DNA of 64,000 bases from Octopus vulgaris (lineage: Eukaryota). The first letter of the stretch is position 1; the number at the start of each line of letters is the position of its first letter. The stretch is taken from positions 96,038,001-96,102,000 of the forward strand of contig OX597815.1 in NCBI GenBank assembly GCA_951406725.2, given 5' to 3'. Positions 27,250 to 41,600 of the stretch are shown in pieces. The notes under the pieces were generated by a model, which had not been told where the DNA came from, ran no database searches, and saw nothing but the letters and a program-made list of their open reading frames with translations. Position numbers and translations under genes: made by a program.

Positions 27250-27745
27250 ATGGAATTAACACCGAAGATATCACCAACACCATAAGGAATTATCTGAAAA
27301 TGTCATCACGGTATTATCTACTGATGAGACATGATTTTTAGCTAGGGCAATCTATAACGAGATCCGTAGTAAGTATAACCTAGAGGACAAAGAATGTCCC
27401 AGTGATAACCTCAATAAAAGGCAAACACAATAGGCCTGATTTGTGATGATGAAGACGACATGTGTACAGTGTGGCGATCAGCTGCCTAGCAGACGTTAAC
27501 ACAGAGAATATCTGTAAAAAGAATATCTACGCTGAACTATTGAGAAATATGTGGTTACTCTATCCAGATTACATGTTCAGGTTTATACTTATAAATATTG
27601 AGGCACTAGGATATCTAAAACACTAAATAGCAATCTTGAGAAATTAAGCTTCTCAAACCAAAAACGTTGAAAGCTGATTCAAAGACTACGGATCAAATTC
27701 ATCACTGTAAATGTAGGAATCTGTAAAACTTTCAAGAGGTTTATC
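27250..27745 (+). mobile_element. R4/Dong-like (restriction-like endonuclease) non-LTR retrotransposon 3' remnant
   Basis: EDITNTI...KMSSRYYLLMRHD..ARAIYNEIR..NVPVITSIKGKHNRPDL...KNIYAELL...F..I.I.ALG; RH[DN] and RPD motifs of REL endonucleases. Confidence 0.75.
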
Positions 27746-29001
27746 CTTTCACTATATGAAGATGTCTAGATAAGCAACTCTATGAAAGAGAATGCATAGA
27801 TAAAACAAAACAATCATATCTGCACGTATATATACATCTATACAAAAATACGTGTGCTGAGGCTGAAATTCCAGTGAAGGTGTCTTGGATCTAGGTTAGA
27901 AACCAACTCTTTTACTATTGGCAGGAAATATTGAAATAAAACTGAATAATGACATAAAAATACATACACGCATGCCTGTGTACATACACACATAGATACA
28001 TGCACCCACACACACACTCACACATACATATGTACATATTTGTAAATAGAGAGACAGATAAATAAAGTAATATAATATATATGTGTATAAAAAGAAGTGA
28101 AATATAAACATTGATATTTATGGCGAATCTATATACTACTTAATATAAACATGCGAATGCACTCTTTAGAACCACATATACTTCATATTATGCGATGTAA
28201 TGTGAGTACTATCTGTAAGTGATAATTATTGTGTTACGTTTTCGTGAGCATATATTTTGATATTGACGTACTTAAAGAGATCATTTGATCCTGGAGTCCT
28301 TTTTAAAGCAGGTCAATTTAACTCACCTTACTTTTATTCTCAGTAAGTGATGTATGCGTCCGTACAGTTCTATTCATTCATGTGAATGCAAAGCGAAGTT
28401 TCCCTTCTTGAGTCTATTTTCATGATATTGTCTTCCACTATGTATGGCTACCACTCGTATGGATTAAATCACAAGCAGATGATGATTTTAATGTTAAATA
28501 TTTTATCAAAATGAAACAGAGTACAAAAATCTATTTGTGCAACAGCTAAATTTACAACTGAGCTATACACACATGTTTGGGGAATGTGTACTTACACATT
28601 TCTAATAGATTTACGCGCAGATAAAACATTATATAATCAAGCAGCTGTTTATTCTTAACTGTCACTGAATTGCTGACGGGCCTCCATTTCTATTGTTGTA
28701 ATGATGAAACATTTATTACATATCCTATGATGTAGTTCAACAATCTTCCAAAATATACCTTGATCAATAACTGTCACTAAAGTTTACCCACGCACTTAGC
28801 ATTCGGAGATGCAATTATTATGTCCGCTTACACTTCTCATTCGCAGACTTCTCCATTAAAATTGTTCCTGTCAATAAACATTAACTTCCTTGAGAAACAT
28901 TTCCTCATGTATCAAGTGGCGCTCTCAAAATATGTGCAGCAGTTTGACAGGAACACATTACACACAGTCACAAAGACACACACAGACACACAAACACACA
29001 C

Positions 29002-29032
<31 letters not shown>

Positions 29033-29336
29033 TGTATGTATGTATGTATGTATGTATGTATGTATGTATGTATGTATATATATGTATAAATGAATAAAAA
29101 TATACAAATATATGCATTAGTGGTCAAATATACTGACATTCTACTGATAAACAATGTCACATCAGATAAGTGGAAGAAACCAAAGGATATTTACCTGCAT
29201 AATAGATATGCGAGCAATCAGATACCGTTGCAAATTTTCAACTGAAAATAGGTTCAAAGACAAAATATATGTATATAGGTACGTATACATATATACATAT
29301 GTGTGTGTATGTGTGTGGATTTAGTATGTACGTATA

Positions 29337-29438
<102 letters not shown>

Positions 29439-29640
29439 ACTATGTAGATACATAAATATCTAAAAAAATATGAGTTAGAGGTTATGCAGCCGTCTCAGGG
29501 ATAAATGTATACGTTGACACTACTGATGTATTATTAACTATGTATAGGCCTTGCTGTAATGTTAACTGCTGTTGGTAAATTATGTGATAAACCATGGTTT
29601 AATATATTCAGATAGTAATATCTGGATACATATATATATA

Positions 29641-30175
29641 ACGGAAAGCTTTATGAAAATAGACAAAGACGAATGCAGGTGGAATACAAACAAACAATTG
29701 TATTAGTATGGCGCTCAGGAATATAAATAAAACAAGTCTTTTACGTTTCGAGCCTACACTCTTCAACAGAAAGATACACAGAAAAGAAACACAGAAAGAA
29801 ACAAGGAGAGAAAATGCGTGCAGAAGCTAGCGAATCAACATGGCGATCTGATTTCGGCCAGAAGTCAAAGATCAAACGTGAGACGCAAGAGCGAAATTAG
29901 GGGAGATAATAGGGTTAAATGACCTCGCCCCAACATAAGAGTGTGTGTGTGTGTATGAGAGAGTATGTAGTGCGTATGAGAGGTCTGGACGTGTGTATGT
30001 ATATACGATGTGATGTGTAAAGTCGTATGGTGTAGTGTAGAGAGAGGAGATGAGGGGGAGAGGGGAAGAGGGGGAGGTAAGGGGGGGTATGTATGTATGT
30101 ATGTTGTGTTTGGGGAGAGTCATTCTCTTTTGGTGCATTATAATTTAACGGACTGACCCGTAAAATTTCCACATA
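29641..30175 (-). mobile_element. pLTR-like repeat with variant hammerhead motif
   Basis: Minus strand TCTTT CTGTTGA AGAGT-gta-GGCTC GAAAC GTA AAAGA (29737-29774); TA-flanked. Confidence 0.65.
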
Positions 30176-30301
30176 TTTCTTCTTTCATTTTTCTAAAATT
30201 TCCGTTGCGTCTTGCAACCTTTTCAATAGTTTTGACTCTCATAATGAATATTGCAAACCAAATCCCAAAGTATATATGTATACACACACACACACACACA
30301 C

Positions 30302-30351
<50 letters not shown>

Positions 30352-30353
<2 letters not shown>

Positions 30354-30530
30354 GGTGACTTCGCAAAAAAAAACGAAAGACGAAGACAGGCGGTGTAGAC
30401 AACAAAAAAATGTAATAGTTTAACGCTCGGGAAGTGAAAATGTCTTTAACGTTTCGGACCTACGCTCTTCCACAGAAGGAAACAGGGAGAGAAATTAAAC
30501 AATGTGTAGTGAATAGCGATGTATCATCGG
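30352..30530 (-). mobile_element. pLTR-like repeat with variant hammerhead motif
   Basis: Homologous to 29641-29830; minus strand TCCTT CTGTGGA AGAGC-gta-GGTCC GAAAC GTT AAAGA (30443-30480). Confidence 0.6.
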
Positions 30531-30763
30531 AGCGGAAACACACGCCGGCATCTCTTCAGTTATCGAGCCATCGAAAAAATGCTATGAAAATAACCGTTAA
30601 AACAAAGGGAAATTACTGTGTGATTGACCGTTATTAAGAGAAAAAATGCTATTTAGGTAAGACAGTAAATATGTTCCTAGTAATCGCTTATGCGCGCATG
30701 TCCATACATACACATGCGCGCCCGCACACCCACGTATATCCGCCTATATGTATATACTCACAC

Positions 30764-30925
30764 TGGTGTAAAGACATTAAGAATAAGAATAAAGCAAAAT
30801 TAACGCAATTCGATATTGTCGATTTTTATGGCTCTATCTCTAAGGAACTGATAGATAAAGCCCTAACCTTGGCAAGCGAATTCATAGAAATCAGTAAACA
30901 GGATAAGGGCATAATCTTCCATGCT
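30764..30925 (+). mobile_element. Penelope-like (Naiad/Chlamys-type) RT fragment
   Basis: WCKDIKNKNKAKLTQFDIVDFYGSISKELIDKALTLASEFIEISKQDKGIIFHA matches the PLE RT motif FDI.DFYPSI. Confidence 0.8.
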
Positions 30926-30977
30926 AATATTGTAAACAACACAAAACATAATATAATTGCTTTACGGGGTAAGGGAG

Positions 30978-31100
30978 GCAAGCTTTGGTCAGCCCGGAGT
31001 TATAGTAGAAGACACTTGCACGAATTGCAACGCAGTGGTACTTAACCCGCATCCACATGGCTGTAAAGCAAGCTTCTTACCCCATAGACACGCCTAAGCA
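30978..31100 (-). mobile_element. SINE 5' fragment (35721 family)
   Basis: GCTTTGGTCAGCCCGG..TATAGTAGAAGACACTTG..CGCAGTGG..AACCC is the reverse complement of the SINE head. Confidence 0.75.
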
Positions 31101-31310
31101 TAGGGGTGTATGTATATACGGTTATGTATGCATTTGCATATTCACACAACTAGATGCAAATGTTGTCCCATGCCCGTTTGGAGAGTTGGGCCATCCCAGC
31201 AGCTACCTTGCCAATGCATATATTGAGCTCAGCATCAAGGGATAGGTTGTAGGTGAGGGTGGAGCCAAGATAGGTAAATTGTACCTAATATAATTCCTTT
31301 ACGGGGTAAG

Positions 31311-32120
31311 CACAATGGTTCAACATCCGCCTTCCAAATAAAAAACGGGGTAAAGCAAGATTGTGTCCTTGCTTCTACGTTACTTGGCATCTTCTTCTCG
31401 CTCTTGCTCTCACATGCCTTTCAGACATCAGATGATGGAGCGTTTCTGAACAGTAGAAGTAACGGGAAACTGTTCAATCTCTCGCGCCTGCGTGCCAAGA
31501 CCAAAATCAAAAGCGTCTGATCAAGGAGATGCTATTTGCTGATGATGCCGCTCTGGTATCACACACAGAAGAAGCCCTCCAAAGGCTCATCAACTGTTTT
31601 GAGCAAGCATGTAACGACTTTGGCTTAGTTATCAGCCTCAAGAAGACCAACATCATGGGTCAGGCTACATCGGACATTCCAAAAATACATATTGGAGACC
31701 ACACATTACAGGAGGTGGAAAAGTTTATCTATGTTGGCTCTACCGTCACTTACAACCTATCCCTTGATACTGAGCTCAATATACGCATTGGCAAAGTAGC
31801 TGCTGCGATGGCCCAACTCTCCAAACGGGCATGGGACAACAATAAGCTGACCAAGACCACGAAAATGAAGATCTACCAGGAATGTGCACTTAGCACTCTA
31901 CTGTATGGAAGTGAGACTTGGACGCCATACACACGACAAGAGCGTCGCCTAAACATCTTTCACCTGCGCTGCCTTCGAAAATCCTTCGCATCAAATAGCA
32001 GAATCATGTCCCCAACGAAGATGTCCTCAAGCAAGCATGTTAGTCGTATGAAAGATGGCAGAATCCCCAAGGACATACTCTACGGAGTGCTTGCTAGGGG
32101 TACTAGGTCTGTGGGAAGGA
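31311..32120 (+). mobile_element. RTE-clade LINE fragment (RT and C-terminus)
   Basis: NGVKQDCVLA, GKLFNLSRLRAKTK, MLFADDAAL, LLYGSETW, RMKDGRIPKDILYG; an inverted copy of 31724-31841 lies at 31161-31278. Confidence 0.9.
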
Positions 32121-32131
32121 TGTTTGCAAAC

Positions 32132-33123
32132 GGGTGTGGGTGTGAATATAATGGTGTATATATCGAGTTTTGTACGTATGTATATGTATGTGTGAGTGGG
32201 TATATGTATATGTTGTGGGTGTGTGTTATACGTGTGTGTATTTGTATGTGAATGTATAGATTAGGGTATGCTATATAGGTATGTTACTGTGTTTGGTTAA
32301 AGGGGGGTTTTATCATTATATGTATTTATGGGTTTCGTTTATCATGATTGTTTTATTAAAGAATTTTATAGTAAATTCTGTTTAATTACGTTTATTAACA
32401 TATTATTCCATTCTATTCCATTCATAATTTTTAATTAACGTTCGTTCATAACGCGCAGAGAATTTATTATAAATATGTTCTACTTATATTTCTATGGTAA
32501 TGTAATTTTGTAAACGTTATAACGGTTAGACTTTAAATTCACTTCATAACTTTAAAATTGAATAGAAGGTATGTATTTTTTCTCCTTATGTTAATCTTGT
32601 TGCTTATGTTAATCTTGTTGCTTATGGAGTGTTCTATTTATCATATTTTCTTTGTTATTAATTATCAATAATTTAGACATACTTTGATAAATAGATAGGT
32701 CTGTTTTTAAATGATTTATTAATAGAATAACTCAATATAAGTTATTATTCACATTCATAAATTTGTTTTAGAGTTATAGCTTGGTATGTTTATCATGGTA
32801 GTTTTATTTATATGGGTATTGTTTGTAGCCATATATACGTATATTTAGATGTTTAGGAGGGTGTCCGTGAATTTGCATGTGCATGGGTGTGTGTGCAAGT
32901 GTGAGCGTGTATAAGTGCATGTGTAGATGCGGGAGTGCATGAGCGCTATGTAAAAGTGTGTGCTTGTGTATGCACTTGTATACATGCATGTTTGATTGTG
33001 CGTGAGATTGCACCCGTTTGCGTGTACACACTCATATATACATATAATAAATATTCATTTATTTATTTTTCTGTGAATGTGTGTATTTTTATACATATGT
33101 GTATTTGATGATATGTGTGAGTG

Positions 33124-33154
<31 letters not shown>

Positions 33155-33519
33155 TTATGGATGTATATATATTTATTTATTCACCTATATGGGTGTGGGT
33201 GTGAATATATTGGTGTATATATCGAGTTTTGTACGTATGTATATGTATGTGTGAGTGGGTATATGTATATGTTGTGGGTGTGTGTTATACGTGTGTGTAT
33301 TTGTATGTGAATGTATAGATTAGGGGATTGCTATATAGGTTTGTTATTGTGTTTGGTTAAAGGGAGGTTTTATCATTATATGTATATATGGGTTTCGTTT
33401 ATCATGATTGTTTTATTAAAGAATTTTATAGTAAATTCTGTCTAATTACGTTTATTAACATATTATTCCATTCTATTCCATTCATAATTTTTAAATAACG
33501 TTCGTTCATAACGCGCAGA
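32132..33519 (+). repeat. ~330-bp direct repeat (32132-32459 / 33191-33519) in a GT/T-rich non-coding element
   Basis: Near-identical blocks GGGTGTGGGTGTGAATAT...CATAACGCGCAGA. Confidence 0.93.
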
Positions 33520-34158
33520 ATGAAATGTTTATATTGTTGTGGTTGAGTATATGCGGATGCTGGTTGTGTGGTTGTCATGCAGAGTGAGTGTGTTTATGAA
33601 TGAGGGCTGTATGTGTGTGTGAGGGAGTATGAATATGTAATGTGTTGAAGTATTTGGCTATTTTATTAATTTATCGTTGCCTAGATGTTTATGTGTATGT
33701 ATAGAGATATATATGGGCGTGTGAGTTAGTGTATGTATTTAGATATGTTTATATATACTTAGATATATGTGTATGAGCATGTGTGTATATATAGTTTATT
33801 TTTATTTTTGTTTTTTGTTTTTTTGTTTTTTGTTTTTTTGTTTTTTGTTTTTTTTTGTTTTTTTTTTTTTTGTTTTTTTTTTTTTTTTTTTTGTTTTTTT
33901 GTTTTTTTTTTTTTTTTTGTTTTTTTGTTTTTTTGTTTTTTGTTTTTTGAAATTAGATTATTCATCTTTAAATATGAGAACTTTAATAATAGGTTTCTTT
34001 ATATTCAATTGTTTATAGAGGTTATTTTAGTTCTTGATTATATTATATATAGATTATATATTTTTATATTTTTTCATTGATAAATTTATATTATTTATAG
34101 TTTTAGCCATTTTAAATTTATTTATTTTTTTAAATATTGATATTTTTAGATACGAAAT

Positions 34159-34202
34159 CCACCTGATGAATGTCATTTGAAGACAGGAAACAATTGTAGT
34201 GG
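34159..34202 (+). ncRNA. Minimal type-I hammerhead ribozyme
   Basis: CCAC CTGATGA A-TGTC-atttgaa-GACA-G GAAAC AATT GTA GTGG: stem I CCAC/GTGG, palindromic stem III ACAATTGT, GUA site. Confidence 0.82.
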
Positions 34203-34289
34203 CGATATATTTACTTTATATTAAAATTTTTTTATGTATTGATTAAGTCTTTCCTTGTTTGATTTGCAAAATAGTGGTTTTGTCTCTAA

Positions 34290-34375
<86 letters not shown>

Positions 34376-35359
34376 TCTGTATATATATATATACATATAA
34401 ACATATAAACACACATATAAACCCCTACATTTGTACACACACGCACCTATATACATACATTCATTCTCACGCACGCACACACACACGCACACACACACAT
34501 TTACATATATATACAATACACGTACACACACATACACACGTACGAACACACACTAATTCACATACACACCGACACATATACATTCACACAATATATACCT
34601 ACACGCGCACGTACACATACACATACGTACACACATTTAAGCACAGACACACTCATACATACGCACACCAAAATATGCGCACACATACGCACGCACACGC
34701 GCGAAAAAACTCACAACCCCACGGATACAGGCATATACATCCATATACACTTACACACACACACATACAAACGCACATATACACGCACACAAACACAACT
34801 ACACGCACATACATACACACACACACACAAATGAACCCACACATAAATCCCATACACACGGCACACAACCATACATACACTCACACACACACATACACGC
34901 ACATAATTATACATACATATATATATACACACACACATACAAGCACACATGCACACATACACTAAGTTAAGCACAGTTAATCGCCACACACACAAACTCC
35001 ACGCATACACACAAAAACATACACATACACACACACATACTACAAACAAAACACACACGATACATATACATACACGCACACACACATACCTACTTGTTTT
35101 TGACCTGCGATTGGACCCTAAACACCACTCCTTAATTCTTACTACTAGCCTGCTAGCCAGTTGTTCGCCATACACACACACACGCATGCACACACAAACA
35201 CACACACGTGTCATGATTGCACACATACACACACACGCGCACACGCTGACCACCCCGCACGCATTCCCCTTCTCACTTTCTTCACCTACTGTCTTTGATA
35301 TAGCTCTCCTGTCTTTTAAAAAACATTATTCTTCTACTTTTACTACTTCCGTCTTTTAG

Positions 35360-35568
35360 TATGTGACCTCGTCTGTATCACTAGCGATTTTTTACCCTGT
35401 CTTCCCTTCTCGGGATCTTTCCTTCTCCTATGTTTCCGACGAAAAGCTCCGCTCGAAACGTCAGACCCTCATTCTTCCCTTCTTTCCCGAGCGTCCAATA
35501 ATACTTTATTTGTTCCACGTCCTTGCGTTGTTGTTTTTTTGTTTTTGTTTTCTTGTTTGGATTAGCTT
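35360..35568 (+). mobile_element. Short hammerhead-like pLTR/SINE-like repeat, copy 2 (preceded by ~900 bp of degenerate CA-rich sequence)
   Basis: GTTT CCGACGA A AAGC-tcc-GCTC GAAAC GTC AGAC (35432-35466); homologous to the 15312 copy. Confidence 0.8.
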
Positions 35569-35602
35569 TATATATATATGTATATATAAATATATACAGA
35601 TA

Positions 35603-35635
<33 letters not shown>

Positions 35636-35720
35636 CTGTATATATTTATAATATATATATATATATATATATCTGTATATATTTATATATACATATATAT
35701 ATTTCTATAATATATACATA

Positions 35721-36111
35721 TGTGTGGTAAGTAGCTTGTTTACCAACCACATGGTTCCGGGTTCAGTCCAACTGCGTGACACCTTGGGCAAGTGTCTTCT
35801 ACTATAGCCTCGGGCCGACCAAAGCCCTGTGAGTGGATTTGGTAGACGGAAACTGAAAGAAGCCCGTCGTATATATGTATATATATATGAGTGTATGTGT
35901 GTCTGTGTTTGTCCCCCTAGCATTGCTTGACAACCGATGCTGGTGTGTTTATGTCCCCGTTACTTAGCAGTTCGGCAAAAGAGACCGATAGAGTAAGTAC
36001 TGGGCTTACAAAAGAATAAGTCCCGGGACCGAATTGCTCGATTAAAGGCGGTGCTCCAGCATGGCCGCAGTCAAATGACTGAAACAAGTAAAAGAGTAAA
36101 AGAGTAAAGAG
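35721..36111 (+). mobile_element. Near full-length tRNA-derived SINE of octopus type
   Basis: TGTGTGGTAAG head, B-box-like GGTTCAGTCC, CCTTGGGCAAGTG core, internal TA/GT tract, (GTAAAAGA)n tail. Confidence 0.88.
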
Positions 36112-36143
<32 letters not shown>

Positions 36144-36146
36144 CAG

Positions 36147-36295
<149 letters not shown>

Positions 36296-36689
36296 AGGCA
36301 TAAAAACGACACGTGGATTGACTTCAAAGAGTAGCGTAATCCAAGGGTATTGTAATCTGGCGTAGGCAATCCAATAATTCCGTGCTACAAATCATCGTCG
36401 GAAGGACGTAGAAGATCTATGGGAGCGTGTGAAAATAGGTAAATTGAAAATTAAAACAGCAAATAACAAAACAATTATATCCAAAAAGATGTACACATGC
36501 AATGTATTAGCTTGATGCTCACTATAAGATGAAAGAAAAGAGTAGATGTATAATATTTCTAGCATGGCTCTCTGTCGGAAAGGGAAGTTCCAGGAAGAGC
36601 GTGTGTGTGGTTACATGGCTGAAGTAACGTGAATTGGAAAGCGATATAGTATTTTCTAAGAGAGGAGTGCGAAAGCGACTAGTGTATGT

Positions 36690-37420
36690 TTACGTGTGTG
36701 TTTGTTGGTGCGTATGTGTGCGCGCGCATGTGTGTGTGTATGTGAGTGTGTGTGGTAGCGTGTGTTTCTGTGAGTCATGTCTGCATAAAGCAATATTGTC
36801 GAACTGTTTAGCAGCCGCATTTCGACTTGGTGGTGGTGAGAGGCGAGGTGACGACTGTGTGAATGCGTGGATGCTAAGGTGTGTACGTATGAGGGTGTGA
36901 ATGTGCGTCTCCATATGTGCCTATGAGAGTGTGTGAGAGCGTGTCCACGTGTGTGTGTGTTTACGTGTGTGTGTACGTGTATGTGAGGTGACATGCTTGT
37001 GAGAAGTGAGGTGACCCGTGTGTGTGTGTTGGTGTTGTTGTACGTATACACTTTTGTGTGAAAAGGCGTGTCTATGTAACTGCGTATGTGTGTGTGAGGG
37101 CATGTATATGGGTGTGTGTGTATGTGTGTGTATATCTATTTGTATGCATATCTATGTATTACCGTGTGTGTACGTGTACATGTATGTCTGCATCTGCGTG
37201 TGTTTGTGTGCTTGTGTGTGTGTGGTGGGTATCTATGTATCTTAATGCAATAAAGTTTGTTGATTTTATTCTGGTTAATTTAAACGACCGATGTAATTTC
37301 GCGTTTATGCGTTTACGTGTGTGCATTTACGTGTGTGCTTTACTTGTATGCGTTTATGTGTGTGCATTTTTGCGTGTGCGTGTGTTTGCGTGAGCATATT
37401 TGTACGCCTGCGTGCGCTTG
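36690..37420. repeat. Degenerate (GT)n-rich tract
   Basis: Low-complexity GT/GC dinucleotide sequence. Confidence 0.85.
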
Positions 37421-38442
37421 TGAGTTGTAACACAATTTAAATCACACTTCGAGAAACATTAAGTAATCAAGTATCTCTATTTATTCGAAACACAAGTAAA
37501 TATTACAGCATTATAGGTGAACTTGAAGAAGTAGTTTTTACTGTTTTTTAAAATAGAAACTGCTGAATAATATAAAATGTACAAAGTGTAGGTGTCTTTT
37601 CTTGAATGATAAATAAAATGTGATGATTATGACTACTGTCAGGATTTCTGAAATTTAAGCCTGGTAAACCTTTACGGAATCATCGTCCACCTGAATACTT
37701 TCGTCCTCCTTTCACCAGGAAAAAGAGTTAAATATTTCCTTCATAAAACGCACCGATACACACTGAAGCTTCAAATTTCAAAATGTGTAATGATGTCAGA
37801 GATATTGTTGAGAAATTCGTAGGCCTCTCTACTGACAAGTAAATGTTGTTATTTTACAATCAGTTAATACTTCTAGATATAGGAAGTAATTCAGTTAGAA
37901 CAAGTTAATGTAATAATTGAAGTCGTATTGCAAGAGGTCATCGTTTAAAATCAGTTAAATATTGACGACGTAACGCCCTTGCAACTTTTGCTACCTCAGC
38001 AATACACATGGTTACACATTTCCAGAGAAAAGAAATTTTTAGGCAGCCGTTTTTCAGCCATAAAATATAATAGTTATTACAGCTATAAAACTATCCATCA
38101 AAACGTTAAAACTAATTTTTTTTTTATTAGTGTGTGAGTTGATTATCTAACACACTCGACTTGCCAGATTTTTCTCGTTGGTGAAAAGAACAAAATGAGC
38201 TATATATTTTTATTTATCCTAATATTATTTTTAAAAAAATTGTTTTCATTTCCTGCTCGCATGTATGTACAGCAATTTTGATTGATCCATACGAATCGTT
38301 TACGGTAAAATTTAACATGGTATTCAATTAAATTCTTGTTAAATATGCAGGAGGATGTAGTATATAGAAGGATATAATGAATTTATGTTTAGATTAATAG
38401 ATTCAAGATAATGATGTTCAGTTTATCAGTAGGGTAAGAAAC

Positions 38443-38557
38443 AACAGCAGCACCAGCAGAAGTAGCAGCACCAGTAGGGGCAGTAGCAGCAGTAGTAGCA
38501 GCAGTAGCAGCAGCAGCAGTATTAATAGCAGTAGGAGTAGTAATAGTAGTAGTAGTA

Positions 38558-38624
<67 letters not shown>

Positions 38625-38634
38625 AAGTAGTAGT
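38443..38634. repeat. (AGC)n/(AGT)n trinucleotide microsatellite
   Basis: Direct observation. Confidence 0.95.
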
Positions 38635-41600
38635 GAAATTCATTTGAACTTTAAATCATGAAAATATTAAGAGGATAGTCCACTTTATGTTTTGTATTTT
38701 CGACTTCTTATCAAAATAACCAATGTCATCTGTTGTATTGCTATTTTGACCGTATCATATCTGAATTCCATCTGTTCACGAAAAATTGCCATTGCAGATT
38801 TCCTTTACTTTGGATTTCACGGGCAAGAGAGAATTCGATTTCCATCTTGTCTTGGGTTTCAACTCTGACTTCGTTGCAGATGTTTACATAGTCAAGGTTT
38901 TGTGAAGTATTCCAAAGTTAGGTACTTCTACTTTCAACATTCCATTTCAGATGCGATTGGTCTTGGGGGAAGTGTCAAGTGAAATCAATAATTTATACTA
39001 ACACATGAACAAGGCATTTGATTATCTAATTCTTGTCTAGATTGTTATATTCTGGGGAAAAATAAATGAATTAAGACAAGATGCGGCGCAAAAGATTTTA
39101 TAATTCCAATCTGTGAAATATTATTTTGCCTTCAAGATTCTCAATCGAGAGCAAGTAATTCCCATCCTTTAGGATAAAAGTCAAATGGATATACTTTGAA
39201 ATATTCTAAAATGTGTTATGGCATTTGTATGTATATAGAAGTACCGTTTTCTAAGAAATTGAGATATTTTATATGCGAATAAATTGACATTGACTAGTAC
39301 AAGTGTGGACGCATGTGCTATTGCAATGCACTGGCGCGTTCACCATTTGTCATTATATTCCCAGAGTATCCTATCCATGAGCATTCTGTCTAGCAAAGTC
39401 GTATTAAGTCCCCATCTCCACGAGATACCTCCTCATTTGATTACTGCTGTAACACCATCCAACTCGCCAGCCCTTCAAGGTGTCCATTGTCATATATTTA
39501 TTTTACACTTTTCTGAAATGTAGTATTGAAAAATGTATTCTCTATGATTGCTACTGCGATTAAGAATTTAAATCTCTTTTTTTTTACTTCATAACATACG
39601 TCATTGTATTTACATACCACAGCAGAAAGATTGAAATAACTACGAAATATTCGTCCTCACAATAACATATGTTGTCTTACAGTTCAGATAAGACTAATAA
39701 GTGACTAGCTTACAGTGGACGAAATCCAGCCCAATAGATAATTCATCAACAATATGATAATGCTAAAATATACTGTTTTGATCGCCAAAATTATCCTTGG
39801 AGCAAAATAAAAAACAAAAAAACATATGACTTTGTCACTTGGAGTGTTAAGGCCTAGACAAGAAATAAATACGACTGAAGCAAAGCAAGTCATCTTGCAA
39901 GGTATTTGCATTGGTAACAAGTTGACTTAGAAGAATACAAATGTTATTTGGAAGTCTTGTAATTATATTAAGAAATCAGTGTGGGAGGATTAAGATAAAT
40001 GTGCAAAACAGAGAAAGAGAATTATACCTTCAAAAAATCAGTATGAAATATCTTTATCAATGCTTATACTCAAAATTCAGTAGAACGGAAGAAAAGTGCG
40101 ACAAACTATATAAAACCACATAACCCTGCGATATTCAAATAGTGGCTGACGAAACTCGTAGATCCACTTACTGTGAAATGTGTGTACATGAAAGTATTCT
40201 TATTGATTTAAATGCATCAGGTTAACCAAGTGTTATTGATCCGCCTTGTCAGGTGGACATATTTGACGATTTAAAATAATGTGCGATATCAACTCGCAAA
40301 TGCTCTAGAAAAGTAATGCGCTTGTGAGTGATTAGAAACCATATAAACATGATATATTGCAAGTGTCGTTTTAAAGGATTCTTTATTCAGTATCAGAAAG
40401 CAGTGAGATTTTGAATAGAATGGATTTTTTGATAACGACTAAGTATAGATAAGTGTGTGTCCATGTAGGCGTGTGAGCACGCGTATTGTGCGTGTGTGTG
40501 TATGTGTGAGTGTATACGTGTTCTCCTGTGTGTGTACAATTGATGTAAGCAAAATCTAGCGTTTTCCTTATTAAGACAAATAAAACGAAATTCCAAAATA
40601 TAACACTTGAATATGTAGGTGCCACTATTTGTCTTTTGCTGCCCAAAGGAAATTTGTTGCTTACTTTCTAATTTAATTTTTCTAATGCAAGATAAATCTT
40701 TAATAGAGATACAAATGTGTGCATTGTTGGCTCTAGACAACTAAAGAGTGTATCCCACCCACGTCGTTTAGTGAGCTCTAAATAGTATGAGTGACAGAAA
40801 ACAAGTCCTATCAAACAAGAAATGGTGCAAGGAGGTGTAAGGCTTATATAATATATGAAAAGTCTTGATGTTCAGTTGATTGCTTTTTATATGACAGATA
40901 TTTCAATTGTAATAAGGTTTAGTATATCATAAGTGAGTCATATTTATGATGTGTTTGATACTCTGTGGATTCATATTCATCGGAATCATAGATTCAACTT
41001 ACTGTTTGCTCTCATTTATATTTTGCGGGGTAATACTTCATGTATTCTGTTATACAGCGGTTTGGTGATATGTTAAAATATAAATTCGTCTCATATAAAC
41101 ATTATCGTTCTATTATGCATTACTGAAGATTAAAGTACTTATCCAGCTAATATGATATATACGAAAGTTGCTTATCTACAATTTGCAAACTAAAAATCGT
41201 AACAAATATAATTCGCAATGAATAGTCACTTTTAGAATTATCACTGACTTGAAAATATTTTATTTTTTCATTCTGCTATAACCTGACGGAAATAAGCACA
41301 CAAATGCTTAAGCATGTGTCTTGTGTAGGTTTATTCTTTCGGTTTGGTCTAAAGTCCATGCCGTCTTTCTCACTTTCTAGCGTCGTAACTTTGGTAAAAA
41401 AACAGACGTTCTAAGTCTAACGTATGAACAGGATGTGTATTTCGCAACTTAATTTCAATATCTCTACAAATGTTAATTTTATCTCACAGCTATATATCTG
41501 CTCTAATATCTCGTTGGTGGAATTTTTGCTAATATCGGTAATACAGGAATAATAACACCACACACAGTCGTCGCTCACATACATTTAAGATACACACAGG

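Noticed and set aside
27321-27328. CTGATGAG as a possible hammerhead core
   Set aside because: It encodes LMRHD of the R4-like ORF; no matching stems or GAAA box
33759-34080. Lys-rich / Phe-rich ORFs
   Set aside because: Poly-T/TTTTTG low-complexity tract
38389-38643. Thr/Ala-rich mucin- or antifreeze-like ORF
   Set aside because: Explained by an (AGT)n/(AGC)n microsatellite; no signal peptide, splice or domain support
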